NCBI RefSeq assembly: GCF_006345805.1
Contig: NW_021835914.1
Location: forward strand, 1 to 37,682
Reading direction: 5' to 3'
Length of the DNA: 37,682 bases
From: Octopus sinensis
Lineage: Eukaryota
This document shows, in pieces, positions 11,268-24,960 of this stretch. Each line of letters starts with the position of its first letter. The stretch's first letter is position 1. The position numbers were made by a program, and so were the translations under genes. The notes below the pieces were generated by a model, which saw only the letters and a program-made list of their open reading frames with translations, searched no databases and was not told where the DNA came from.

Positions 11268-11654
11268 GTTTAATTCATACAGTCTGTCATTCTTCCAATT
11301 CTACCGTTTCGGAATTGTCCCCGCTCCATGAATCGAACCCGTTGCCAGCTCCTCCATCCGGTCATATAACACGGGCGTCTTTTAATTCTTGTTTTTATTG
11401 CCTTACCCCTCGTATTGTGGGCAGCATTTGAATCAGGCCCGACGTTAAGTACCCTGCACAATGTGTCTGTCCAAACAATATGTCCGCGTGGTTTTCTAAC
11501 CCGGCAGGTAAAGAGTCCTGAGATTGATGTTAACATTTCAGGCCTTGTGCCGAAACAAGTCATTATGAAAACCACCAACACCACTTTAAATATCTATATC
11601 AAATATCTATATATCTATATTAAATATCTATATCAAACGAAAATAAGCAAGACA

Positions 11655-11708
11655 TGAACAACAGCAACAACTACTACAACTACTACTACTACTACAACCA
11701 CCACCGCC

Positions 11709-11758
<50 letters not shown>

Positions 11759-11817
11759 CACCACCACCAACCACCACCACCACCACCACCACCACCACCA
11801 CTACTACTACCACCACC

Positions 11818-11857
<40 letters not shown>

Positions 11858-12027
11858 ATTCTGCTTCTACTACTACTAGAACAACTACTGCAATCCCAGT
11901 TACAATTACAGCCATTATAGCTATTACTACAATACAATTACTACTATTACTGCTGGTGCCACTACTACTACTACTACTGCTGCTACTGCTGCTACTGCTG
12001 CCACTACTACTACTACTACTACTGCTG

Positions 12028-12107
<80 letters not shown>

Positions 12108-12530
12108 GAGATTGAAATATCAGCAATACTGACAACAAAAGTGAGACAACCATCACCATCACTTCCACCAGCCTCAAATATCACTATAAATAACCTCCAA
12201 TATCACTACTACTACTACTACAACAACAACAACAACTTCTACTACTATTACTACAACTACCACCACTACTACTACTACTACTACAACCAGTACTGACATC
12301 AGCACCACTACTATGAAAATTATTACTACTACCTCCAACACAATCACCGCCACCACCACCAACTCAACCACCACAACCAATAACAACCACTACCATAACA
12401 TCGCTCCTACCAGCGCAGCCATGAATTCCAAAAACCACAACACCACAACCACCATCCCTCCACACTACCGCCCCACGCCCGCCCTTGCAACACCATCACC
12501 ACTACCACCAACACCATCACCTCTACTACC
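11655..12530. repeat. Degenerate compound trinucleotide tract (ACT/ACC/GCT/AAT/AAC)n
   Basis: Directly visible. Confidence 0.92.
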
Positions 12531-13107
12531 TTCAACGAAATCTAGTTCATCAACCAAAGCCAGAACCAGATTCTATCATAAATTTTATCTTGGCTATGTT
12601 TGAAGTTCTGTCTATTGCAGGCATCAAAGACATTTTGAAAGATTTCTGCTAAGATCAGCGAAAGAGATTTTGTTAAAGGTATATAAATCACGTTGACATA
12701 TTTATCTTCTGTTGGAATCTGGTTCTTTCCGATTGACTGGATACAATGAATGAACAGAATTTGGATTTATTTTTTCGGTTTTTGAACAGTGTTTTGGGGT
12801 TATGATTGGTGTTGCGAGTGGTGTTGGTGATTGCTGTATAGGTGGTAGTGTTTGGTGTATGATGCATCGAGGCTGGGTGTTGCTTGGTTGACGAAGTCGA
12901 CGGTAAGAAATAGATTAGGTTACGTCTTAGTGATTAAATATAACTTTTATATTGTTTTATTTCACACAGGTAGAGGGGGAGGAGAAGCAACATAACGTAA
13001 GATGAAATTATAGATTTTGAAAATAACCTACACCACTGTTTCGATTCTCGGTGAAGCCAAGTTTGGGTAGCGGAAAGCATCTAGTTCCTTATACCTTTTC
13101 CCTAGCG

Positions 13108-13540
13108 CAGTGGTTCTCAACCGGGGTTCATATGACACTAGGGGTCTATATGAGATTTTGTTAAGGTTTTTGTGAAATATTTTGGTCATACTTCGACAAT
13201 ACACGAAATATTTTAAGATTATTTTTTGTGATCAACATTCGCTTGTCCCGCCGTTGGAGTTATTGGGGATTGGCTACGCTAAGTCTGGATCCTAGTCTTC
13301 GACCTTGTTGCCAGGGCTGGCCCAACCAGGAGTTTAGAACTCTCGGTGGCATCGCTCTCAGAGTCGTCGCTCCACGCAAGTTCCCCCTGCGTGACAAGGG
13401 GCGATTATCAGAGGGGTATACCTAATATTTAGTTATAAAAATATAACAGGATTTTTAAAAAACTCTGAATAGTTATAAGGGTTCACCAAGTTAAATAGGC
13501 ATCAAAGGGGTCATAAACAAAAATGGGTTGAGAACCCTTG
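13108..13540 (+). mobile_element. hAT (Charlie-like) MITE
   Basis: TIRs CAGTGGTTCTCAACC (13108-13122) and GGTTGAGAACCCTTG (13526-13540). The 8-bp flanks CCCTAGCG and TTCTAGAC share the central CTAG typical of Charlie-type targets. Confidence 0.75.
13228..13423 (+). mobile_element. GC-rich insert in the hAT MITE, possibly an RTE-type LINE 5' region
   Basis: Abrupt GC increase inside an AT-rich MITE. The motif ccaaccaggagt…gcatcgctctcagagtc…cacgcaag…gacaagg recalls RTE 5' regions (from memory only). Confidence 0.35.
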
Positions 13541-13923
13541 TTCTAGACCCATTCGCTCAATCAGTTTTGGAATGGTGCATTTTGGAATAATTAAATGAGA
13601 GACGAAATTTTAGAAAAGCTAAGCACTTTCCATAAATTTTATGATTCATAGTAAAATATCAATATGTATGCTGCAGCTCATCCTTTGTCCCAAGTTCTCC
13701 TCCCGAAACCCGATTTAAATGAATTTGTTACAATCCGCAAGAGAACAGTTTCACACAGGAGCAACGATTTCGGTTGAAATGGAGACCAAACATTTATTTG
13801 ATGCTTTCTTTATTCTATCCCATCCTGAGACAATCAATGTGAACCTTAGTCAAATGTTGTAGAATCTACCGTTGGAATGGGAAAAGCAATGCAAGAAATT
13901 TACAATTAGCTTTGGTTTATCAG

Positions 13924-14187
13924 GTATTCAACAATTCTTATAATTCAACAGCACCGTATCTTCAGTGTCTAATGAATTCTAGTTGCGACGTCGGCCCCAG
14001 TGAAACACTGGTACTTAATTTAGTAAACTACAGGGATGATGAAATCAAATATGTAACTTTTGAAAAATTAGTGTGTCCCAAGGAAAGTTGCGTTTTGGCA
14101 TTTAGGACAATGGCCGTGTTGGAAATTCAGGCTGGATTTGATACCAAAACCAAAGAAAGCCAGAACGTAACAGACAGTAATGTATAA
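13924..14187 (+). CDS. Candidate terminal coding exon of an unknown secreted or membrane protein
   Basis: Acceptor tttggtttatcag| and 87 non-repetitive codons to TAA (frame open from 13843). It encodes 4 N-glycosylation sequons and 4 Cys, and AATAAA follows at 14238-14243. No homolog recognised. Confidence 0.25.
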   Translation, partial: VFNNSYNSTAPYLQCLMNSSCDVGPSETLVLNLVNYRDDEIKYVTFEKLVCPKESCVLAFRTMAVLEIQAGFDTKTKESQNVTDSNV

Positions 14188-14665
14188 TTTCATATAGCAC
14201 TGTACCAGTACCATCCACACCACCACAACTTTGTTTCAATAAATATTAAAATTAATTACAATTTTATGTGTTATCTGCCAGAAAAAAATAAATTAAAACT
14301 TCACAGATGTAATTAGTTTTAATGCATCTATAATTTTAGGGAATACTCCTAAACATGAAATCATTAGGTAAAAGAATAAGCATGAAGAAGAACAGAAAGA
14401 ATATTTAGCAGAGAGAATAACAAAAACAAAAACAAAACAAATAAGAAAAAAAAAACAGTAACCGAAGTAGCAACAACAGCTGAGAATGAAAACAACAAAC
14501 GTAAACAACAACAAGAAGAAGAATATTTAGCAAAATCAAATTTATATAAATCGTAAAAATTCTAATTGATATAAACACGTAAAATTCTGCTGAATTATAT
14601 TAACACGGAATAATTTTCGACAAAATTTCCTTTCAATGTTATAAAATCTTAGTTTCTGATAATTG

Positions 14666-14667
<2 letters not shown>

Positions 14668-14734
<67 letters not shown>

Positions 14735-14762
14735 ATATATATTATATATATATGTATGTATG

Positions 14763-14793
<31 letters not shown>

Positions 14794-14884
14794 ATATATG
14801 TATATGTATGTATGTATGTATATATATATGTATAGATATATATATACATACCTATATATATATATATATGTGTGTGTATGCATG

Positions 14885-14950
<66 letters not shown>
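14668..14950. repeat. (TA)n/(TATG)n/(TG)n microsatellite
   Basis: Directly visible. Confidence 0.95.
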
Positions 14951-14951
<1 letters not shown>

Positions 14952-15167
14952 CTGTGTTTGTGCGTTCTTGGTTCTTTCTCTTTGCTGTTTGTCTTTTTCG
15001 AATGTGGTCCAAACTGGCATAAAGCGATAATTAGTCAATTGACGCGCATGTGTATTTCGATAGCTTATTACACCATTGAGTTACATCCTAGCGGGAGTGA
15101 TAACCAGTGAACTTGGTTCAAATTCTCCCGACAGCAACAACTTTATACGGTTTGTTATTATATTATA

Positions 15168-15580
15168 GGCGCGGGAGTGGCTGTGTGGTAAGTAGCTTGC
15201 TTACCAACCACATGGTTCCGGGTTCAGTCCCACTGCGTGGCATCTTGGGCAAGTGTCTTCTGCTATAGCCTCGGGCCGACCAATGCCTTGTGAGTGGATT
15301 TGGTAGATGGAAACTGAAAGAAGCCTGTCGGATATATGTATATATGTATATGTATCTGTGTGTATGTTTGTGTGTCTGTGTTTGTCCCCCTAGCATTGCT
15401 TGACAACCGATGCTGGTGTGTTTATGTCCCCGTTACTTAGCGGTTCGGCAAAAAGAGACCGATAGAATAAGTACTGGGCTTACAAAGAATAAGTCCTGGG
15501 GTCGAGTTGCTCGATTAAAGGCGGTGCTCCAGCATGGCTGCAGTCAAATGACTGAAACAAGTAAAAGAGATAAAAGAGAA
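15168..15580 (+). mobile_element. Full-length tRNA-derived SINE (family A)
   Basis: A-box TGGCTGTGTGG, B-box GGTTCAGTCCC, internal (TA/TG) microsatellite at ~15332-15385 and a (TAAAAGAG) tail. Three other copies or fragments occur in the window. Confidence 0.9.
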
Positions 15581-16284
15581 ATATATATTTCTTTTTTAAT
15601 CATAGAATATGGCTGTTGGGGACTTTCGTGCTAAGACTTTCGAGTGTGTGAATGAAAGGAATATCATGTCTGGTTGCTCTCAACGTAAGGGCCTTGGCTA
15701 AAACTTTCGCATAGACGAAGTGGCAATGTCCCTCTGGGACGGAAATTATTCTAACATTCAAGACGAAGACAGAAACCAACTGACCGGATTCGCAACAATT
15801 TCTTTCTAGATAATTTCGCTCTTAGATTTTAGTCGACCTGTGACTGAGTGAACAAGGGATTGCGGCAAAAGCTAAATGTTTAAGCTTCATCGTTATTGTA
15901 CTTGGTTTGGTTTTCAAGATTCTTGATGTGGATTTGTGTGTTGAAACAAATTTTGTTGTGTCTTGGAAAGGTCATTATGCCAATAATAATAATAATAATA
16001 CTGGCACTGGTTCCTTTTCACTTCTTTATTTTTAGTCAATTGGTTAAATATCTATTCAACGAATCGGTCACAAACCCATCATAAACCTGTAACATGTTTC
16101 CAACTCCATCCATGTAATATGAATAAACAGCGTAGATATAGAATCTGAGAAAATAATGAGAGAGAGCAAGACAATATATATAGGGCAGGGATTACTGCTT
16201 TAAGTTTCTGGCTTTAAGGGTATCGTTAAAAGCTTGGTGGGATGTCCAACCGTCCGTCTTTTACGGGGGTGGGGGGCTTAGAAT

Positions 16285-16390
16285 AACTGAAGGGCCGCTG
16301 CAATAAGTGTGTGAATCTGAGAAGGGAATATGTTAAATAAAATCATAATTCACTGATCCTCTTATATTTTCTTCTACCCCAAATCTCGTA
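16285..16390 (+). mobile_element. Possible Tc1/mariner 3' terminal remnant
   Basis: …aagtgtgtgaatctgagaagggaatatgttaaataaaatc…ctcgta resembles mariner C-terminal/TIR regions; recognition only. Confidence 0.3.
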
Positions 16391-17583
16391 TATGTGTCAT
16401 CACACAACTTGCTAACAGTAGGAAAAAATAAATTGCACTCGAATCGCATTTCACTCGAAGCAGAAACGGTAAGATGTACAGGATGCTACACATAATCTGT
16501 GAGGAAAAACAAGATAGGTGTGACTGGGCTGCTTTCGTATGCAGATCTGCTTGGCCAGGTATAGCATACCAACTCCAACAAGAACGGCAACAATAACAAC
16601 ATCAAGGACAAAATAAAACGCGGAATAAGACATACATTCCTTCTGTTGTGGCAATTAAATATACCTGAATATTTTGTAGTGTCACAGTATCGAACACTAC
16701 AATATATTAGCATATTAAGCTCTCGTAACCTATTAATCCAACTAACTGCTAAAATACATCATTTATGCAAATGCGTGTAGTCTATGTCAAGAAGGTCTTA
16801 ATTACAAAACAAATTTCACCGAAAATTTAAACTATTCAAAGAGAATCCCGTATTTTTCTATCAAATGTGAGGTTGAAAACAATGGCCGAAGCTTATGGCT
16901 CTACTGTGTATGGTCGTTAACGAAGATCTATTTACAAAGACAGTTGGGTTAGAATGTGATGGCTTATTTAACACTACTTTATAGTTTCAAGAAGTAGTAC
17001 GGCAAAAGAATCGAGATACAGTATGACGTAAGTCATATAATCTCGGATATTTCTCATTCAACAATTATTTTCTAAAGCAACCAAGAATGCGAAGACTCAC
17101 TCCTACATTCTACGTAGGTAGGACTGGAGAGTTCCTGAAATATAATTTGCTCTCGTAATCAGTAAATATCAGAAATCCTTTTCAAGGTTAAAACCACTTA
17201 GTTCCTTCGGTAAGTCGGTAAGCTTCCTGCTATCACGAACACCTAATAAGATTATGGTAATGAACACAAGGAGGGCAAAGTTATTTAACTATTCTCCTTA
17301 TTGGTTATTACTAAGAATTAAATATAATTATGCATCGCATTGGGAGAGCTTCTTCAGAACAACTGAATTTTAAGAGACAGATTATGTATATAAGTACACA
17401 CGCACGTCCATATGTATGCATGCACATACACACACACAGGCATACACACACACATACATGCATACATATACGTATAAACCTATGCCTGTGCGCGTGCATA
17501 CGTGTTTGTGTGATGACAACTTGTATCACTGTGTTTAGTTTTATACGTAGATCAGGTACACACACGTAATATATCCTGTAATG

Positions 17584-17614
<31 letters not shown>

Positions 17615-17984
17615 TATATACACGCATGATTTATGTATGAAGGTATGTATATTGATACGTACGCACACAAACACACACATACATACAAACGTACATACAT
17701 ACATACATACATACATACATACATACATACACACACATACATACATACAAACGTACATACATACATTTATAGACGAATTCATGATGTTAGTCTGAAATGG
17801 AGCTGAGGTAAAATAGGAAAGAGAGTGTTCAGTATATTACCATTAGTTTATGTGTAAAGTATTTTTTTATAAGAGACAACTTGAACATCCTTATTAATTC
17901 ATCTTTTAGACTTAATCTAACTTCTGTCACTTGTACAAGAGCCCGACAATTCCACGTAATATATCGTTGTGATATTAAAGGAAC

Positions 17985-18788
17985 CTAATTCGCCCCTTCT
18001 TTGATCTTTACGGGCGGCGGATTACATCGGCTGTAATGTGGCCTTTCAGGCCACATTTCTAACATCGCGTTGTCCTGCCCGCCACTCTGACCCTGAGTGT
18101 CACATCTTCTATGATGATGGTCTCCACTCTGCTTTCGAAGCCTTTGGCGCCGCGTGGATTATCATGTCTAGTCTCTGCCCTTGCCAGTTTTTGTGCGCCG
18201 TTGTTGTGGCTTCGTGGAGCACCATCTTTTCTTCATTGCCCAGCAGTACGGCAGCTACTAACCAGGCTACATCTATCTCAGAGGGTATATCTTCTACACT
18301 AACCCTGGAAGCACGTCTCCCAAGGTATGTGTGTAGAAGAACCACTTCTCTTTTTAAGTGTGTTGCCGAGTTTAGCCTGGCAATAGATAACTCATGGAAC
18401 CACCCCTCCACCGTTCCAAACTTCCTTCATCTGACAATGTAAGAATTCCTTTGCCAGATTGTTTTAAAATCTTTTTCGATTTGCACGGTCGATATGATTT
18501 CTAGTTTCTTTGTTTTTACAGAGTAGGTCCTGTATATGATAGTTCTCTCCTTGGTTGCTTATAAAACTTCTTTGGCAGGGTACACCTTTACATCGCACCC
18601 CTCTCTACGAAGCATGTTCTTATATTTGCTTAGTTCCGATTATTCAATTTCGTTGGTGTGTCTCTTGGCTCACTGCCGCAAAATTTATTTTACAGCTCCT
18701 TCTTCTGTTCCTCCATTACATTCATAATCCTCAACAGTTCCTTCACGGAAGACGAACGATTCGGGAGGCTGATGTTTTCATACTCCAT
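17985..18788 (-). pseudogene. Decayed LINE ORF1 / gag-like sequence with a CCHC zinc knuckle (possibly L1/Tx1-type)
   Basis: Minus strand reads MEYENISLPN… then …ERTIIYRTY…RRASRVSVEDIPSEIDVAWLVAAVL… then …LRVRVAGRTTRC*KCGLKGHITAD. This is a C-x2-C-x4-H knuckle with stops and frameshifts. Confidence 0.55.
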
Positions 18789-18825
18789 CCTTAACACCAG
18801 TGCTTCTCACTTCTTCGAAGTGGGT

Positions 18826-18894
18826 ACACTCACAACGCCCGGTCTGGGAATCGAAGCCGTGATCCTATGACCGCAAGTCCGCTGACCTAATCAC
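18826..18894 (-). mobile_element. tRNA-derived SINE head fragment
   Basis: Reverse complement has a B-box-like GCTTCGATTCCC followed by agaccgggcg, as in the SINE at 27390-27696. Confidence 0.65.
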
Positions 18895-19139
18895 ATATAT
18901 ATCACACCCTCTTCCACAAGACCAGATGATAAAAGACTTGTCTGCGTTGCCTTCAACTAATTCCTGGACGCCAGAGTACAATTCCTCCCTTTGCACCTGT
19001 AATTCTGTTGCCAAATACTAAGTTACCTGATTTGCAATGTCTTCTGCAATTCATTTGTGACCAGAGTTCAGTTGTGCAGCTCACTCGCGGATTGTGGTAA
19101 GTCTGCTATTTCATCGTCCATACTCTCAACAATACGCTC

Positions 19140-19670
19140 TTAAATATGGTTTCTGATTACAAATATCTTGGGTCATACATATCATCATCTGAAAAAGATT
19201 TTCTAGCTAGAAAGGGTATGGCCTGGTCAGCCTGTAATGATATGCATAAGATCTGGTCATCAAATCTAAGTAGAGATTTCAAACTTAAAATCTTCAAAGC
19301 CAATTCTACTATATGGCTCAGAAACCTGGACGTTATCAAAGAAGCTGAAGAGGCGGTTGGATGGAACTTACACTCGCCTCCTTATGAGAGCTCAAAATCT
19401 CTCGTGGAAACGTCATCCAACCAAAGTACAAATATATGGGAAACTACCACCTGTATCATCTCTTGTGAACGGTAGAAAATTCCAGTTTGCTGGACATTGT
19501 TGTAGATCTGAAAACAAGGTAATTTCTACTCTTCACCTCCAGAGGGCGCACACTCTCCTACCCTGATGTAATCTCCAGGGATACAGGCATCCAGCAACAG
19601 GACCTCCGTGATGGTCTGGCGTAACATAGTAAATTCCATTGTCTCGACCATGGTCGAACAATGATGATGA
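19140..19670 (+). mobile_element. 5'-truncated RTE-clade LINE (3' end)
   Basis: DYKYLGSYISSSEKDFLARKGMAWSACNDMHKIW…LLYGSETWTL…LDGTYTRLLMRAQNLSW…FAGHCCR…RGRTLSYPDVISRD, ending in a (TGA)n tail. Confidence 0.9.
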
Positions 19671-19689
19671 AATCTGCTTACACGAATCT

Positions 19690-19915
19690 GTCCATACACG
19701 GGCGGTTCATATCAGGGGTCGCAGTTGATGCTTTCTCACTGCATGGTTTGTGTTCAGTGCTTCTTTCTTTCTTCTTAAACCACTTCATCGCTCTGTGCAC
19801 CTTACTCTTGTGATTGTTGCTATCTTCGTAATCGATCTGTTATCTTCTGGTGCTGGACATCCTGTACCGTCCTTCATCAAGTCTTCAATAGCATCAAACT
19901 GCTTCTATTTCCGAC
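19690..19915 (-). mobile_element. Possible Tc1/mariner transposase N-terminal (HTH) remnant
   Basis: Minus strand reads KQFDAIEDLMKDG…HKSKVHRAMKWFKKKERSTEHKPCS, similar to Tc1 HTH segments (STVYR..KRF.E.GS…RP.SG). Confidence 0.4.
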
Positions 19916-20324
19916 GAAAATAATTTTAGACGACCAAGGCTAATAGAAAATATTATAACCTGCTTTCGCATTACTTTTTGCACAAGCAGTGTGTGTGTGC
20001 ATGTGTGTGTTTGTGGGTGTGTCTACATATTAGAACATTTATGTATCGCTGGATAGAAAAATAAATGAACAGATAGATAAACTAAATTACATGTAATATA
20101 TCCAAGTGCTACGAGTTAGGTCATCAATATAAAGCAAGCGAAAACAGAACTACATTACATATAAAACATATATCTACACATACGCACACACACAACAGAC
20201 ACACACATATACACAGACACACCCGCACAGAAATACATACATTCATACACATATATTTCTTATAGATATACAAAATACAGACATATTATATACACACATA
20301 TAAACACATACAAATACATACATA

Positions 20325-20397
<73 letters not shown>

Positions 20398-20984
20398 GTA
20401 TATGTATATATATATAAACATATATAAATGCATACATATATATACATATACATTTACACCAATATATTTAACAGATTCGACTAAATTTATTCAGAGCATC
20501 AGATAATATACGGATATTTTCAATATGTATGTAAACATATTTTTGTCTGCCAGTGTTTCAGAGGAGAGCAATATATGTTTACAGTTTCGCGACTTTATAC
20601 ATAAATAGGTAGGCTTTACAAAAATAACCAAAAAAGGGAGGGAGAAAAAAGGGGGGAAAAGAAACAAGACTCGTACACACGTACACGAATGAACAAACAC
20701 ATACGTGTGACAATATACGTATGTACACAAAACCTAAAATAATAATGGGTATACGGTTTTGTGAAGCAAGAATATTTCTGATTCTTTCATTGAGGACATA
20801 ATTGAAAATCTAGCATAACAGATTATCAAATAACAACAGATATATTTGAGGAATTGAACAAACGTAGACATACATAGAGAAGCGAGCACACGCGAATGTG
20901 TGAGGCGCGCAGGCGTATGAGGGTAGGTGTTTGTATGTGCAGGTGAAAGGTGCGTTGCCTTTTATGTGAAATTGTAATTATATA

Positions 20985-22420
<1,436 letters not shown>

Positions 22421-23034
22421 TATATCTACATAGGTTTTCTATCTGTTTCCTTGCATACGTGGATATAATAGTAATTTTTACCGATGTATATGCATTTAGA
22501 AAATGAAGTGTTCGGTGACACGCATAGCCGAGGAGTTTTCGCAATCAGAAGACGTAGTTTCGATTCCATGTAGTAGCATTTGGTCAGACATCATATACCA
22601 TGAACTCAAGTTGACCATATCTTTCTATTTGAAAATGGTTTCTCGGGAGCGTGTGGTATATGTAGGTTAGACTGGATCATTGCAATAAGCCTCCATCTTT
22701 TTCACACAACGTTAGTCAATTTAATCCTTCTTTAAAATCAATTAAATATGCTTATCACAGTGGAATATACTGTCTTTTTCTCCACAAACGGGTCCCATTA
22801 ACAATCAGTTGAGGCAACAACCAAAATCTTTCTCGCTGAATTGGGGAAAATTCTTTATTTTTACCAAAATTTGTATCTACCCATGTTCGTGTTTATATAT
22901 TTATATATAACAAAAACATGATATAATTATTATGCATACATACATTCACACACAGAGACACGCACATATATAACCACATGTGAATCGTTGGCAATTTTTT
23001 CCGTCCGCCTTCTGTTTCTATTGGACTCTCCTCT

Positions 23035-23069
23035 GTTTCTGAAGAAGAGCTATTTTCGAAACGTTAAAC
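23035..23069 (+). ncRNA. Minimal type I hammerhead motif (Penelope type) with weakened stem II
   Basis: GTTT-CTGAAGA-A-GAGC(TAT)TTTC-GAA-ACGT-T-AAAC. The core is intact, stem III is the palindrome ACGT, stem I is GTTT/AAAC, and stem II has only 3 of 4 pairs (one G:U). Confidence 0.6.
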
Positions 23070-23221
23070 CATATTTCTTTACTTCCCTTAGCGTCTGCCA
23101 TTACTTTACATGTACCACGTCCTCGCGTTGCTGTTCTTTTTTGTGTGTTTTTCTTCATTTTATATATATGTATATACATATATATATATATGTGTGTGCG
23201 TGTAGAGAGAGAGAAAGAGAG

Positions 23222-23425
<204 letters not shown>

Positions 23426-23632
23426 CTTTAAATATATATCGCCATGTTGGAGCGCTGAACTCTGCACATTTATTCTTTCACCGTTTTTCTTTTCTTTTTC
23501 TCATTTCCTCTCCATCTTTTCCTCTTAATCGCTTCTTGCGATGAGCATTGACTCGACGGACCATTTTCCCCGAGCCTTAAACTAATGCACCTGTTGTTGT
23601 TCCTATTCCTCTCTTCGTCTTTTTTGTTCTGT

Positions 23633-24152
23633 AAGGCACTCACTAAACGAATTCAAGGCATGATTGATCTCGATTACTGGGACCGCCTTAAAGCCTTGAA
23701 ACTCAACTCTCTCCAGCGCCGCCGCGAGCGGAACATCATTTGTACGATGTGGAGAATATACCACCAGCATTGCCCAAAAGAGCTGAAAATTAGTTTCAAG
23801 GTTCAACCAAGGCTGGGACCAGGGGCCATAGTCCCCTGCCCAATTCAGGATCACAACACTGCGACACAATTTCTTTTCCTCAACAGGCCCTGCCTTTTTT
23901 TATATTGTCCCAAAACTGATCAAAGAAGAAAAAGATCCCATCACCTTTAAACGGAGTCTGGACAGATTTCTTCAAGGAAAACCAGACAAGCCACCCATAC
24001 ATAGATACAACTCACTCAACAAAAACTCACTACTTGTCCAAAACAAAACTTGACTTAAACAGGATTTAGATAATCCTGTCAGGTGGTGCTATTAAGTTAG
24101 ACATGGCCTGGACCAATCTTTGGTCAAAACATATCTAAGTTTTATTTAAGTT
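23633..24152 (+). mobile_element. CR1/L2-like LINE 3' fragment
   Basis: KALTKRIQGMIDLDYWDRLKALKLNSLQRRRERNIICTMWRIY matches the CR1 C-terminal motif (L.Y..RL..L.L.SL..RR.R). It ends with two 3' hairpins and a TAAGTT-type tail. Confidence 0.85.
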
Positions 24153-24703
24153 ATATATATAGACGCAGATTTATATATGTATATATATATGTATATGTAT
24201 ACATATATTCATATATATGTGTTTATGAACGTATAGGAGTAAATGTATATGCATGTAGTTATCCATGAATGCATGATTGGGGCGTATGCATATGTATACT
24301 GGCACATACATACCTGTACACACATAGACACAAACACACATACACACATATATATGTATATATTACAGAAACAGATACATATATCTATAAATGCATATAC
24401 ATATATGTGTATATATGTATGTGTGAGTATGTATATATATATATATGTGTATATGTATGTATGTATATATAAGGCAGTTTGCCTGCTTCTATCTCTGCTG
24501 TACAGGTTTTATATTTATTTCACGTTGATATTTTATAAAGCAGAAAATATTTTCTCCCAGCTTTTGACAGTTGATATATACGAAACAATTTCTATAACAT
24601 ATTGCTAAAATATAGAATCCTTCATATTTACTTCTGCATGAGGTACATTAATATTGTTTTTGCTGTTGATTTACCGTTTGCGTTTTGTGTTGGCGTCGTT
24701 GCT

Positions 24704-24783
24704 ACCGCCATCATCATCATCATCGTCATCATCATCATCGTCGTCGTCGTCGTCGTCATCATCATCATCATCGTCATTGCTGC

Positions 24784-24819
<36 letters not shown>

Positions 24820-24892
24820 CACCACCACCACAACCACTATTACTACTAATAATAATAATATTACCGCCACCACCCCCACCACCATCACCACA

Positions 24893-24951
<59 letters not shown>

Positions 24952-24960
24952 CACCACTAC
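24704..24960. repeat. Compound (CAT)/(CGT)/(ACT)/(ACC)n microsatellite
   Basis: Directly visible. Confidence 0.95.

Noticed and set aside
12621-12995. Three short segments with good AG/GT splice-like boundaries (12621-12678, 12790-12902, 12970-12995)
   Set aside because: The middle segment has stops in all three frames and such signals are common in AT-rich DNA; non-coding exons cannot be excluded.
15085-15135. tRNA-like segment with a B-box (GGTTCAAATTC)
   Set aside because: No complete cloverleaf; probably a SINE-head remnant. No true tRNA gene was found, and all A/B boxes belong to SINEs.
16451-16654. Minus-strand ORF with a transmembrane-like stretch (FYFVLDVVIVAVLVGVGMLYLA)
   Set aside because: The hydrophobicity derives from an (AAC)-rich plus strand; there is no ATG start or convincing acceptor upstream.
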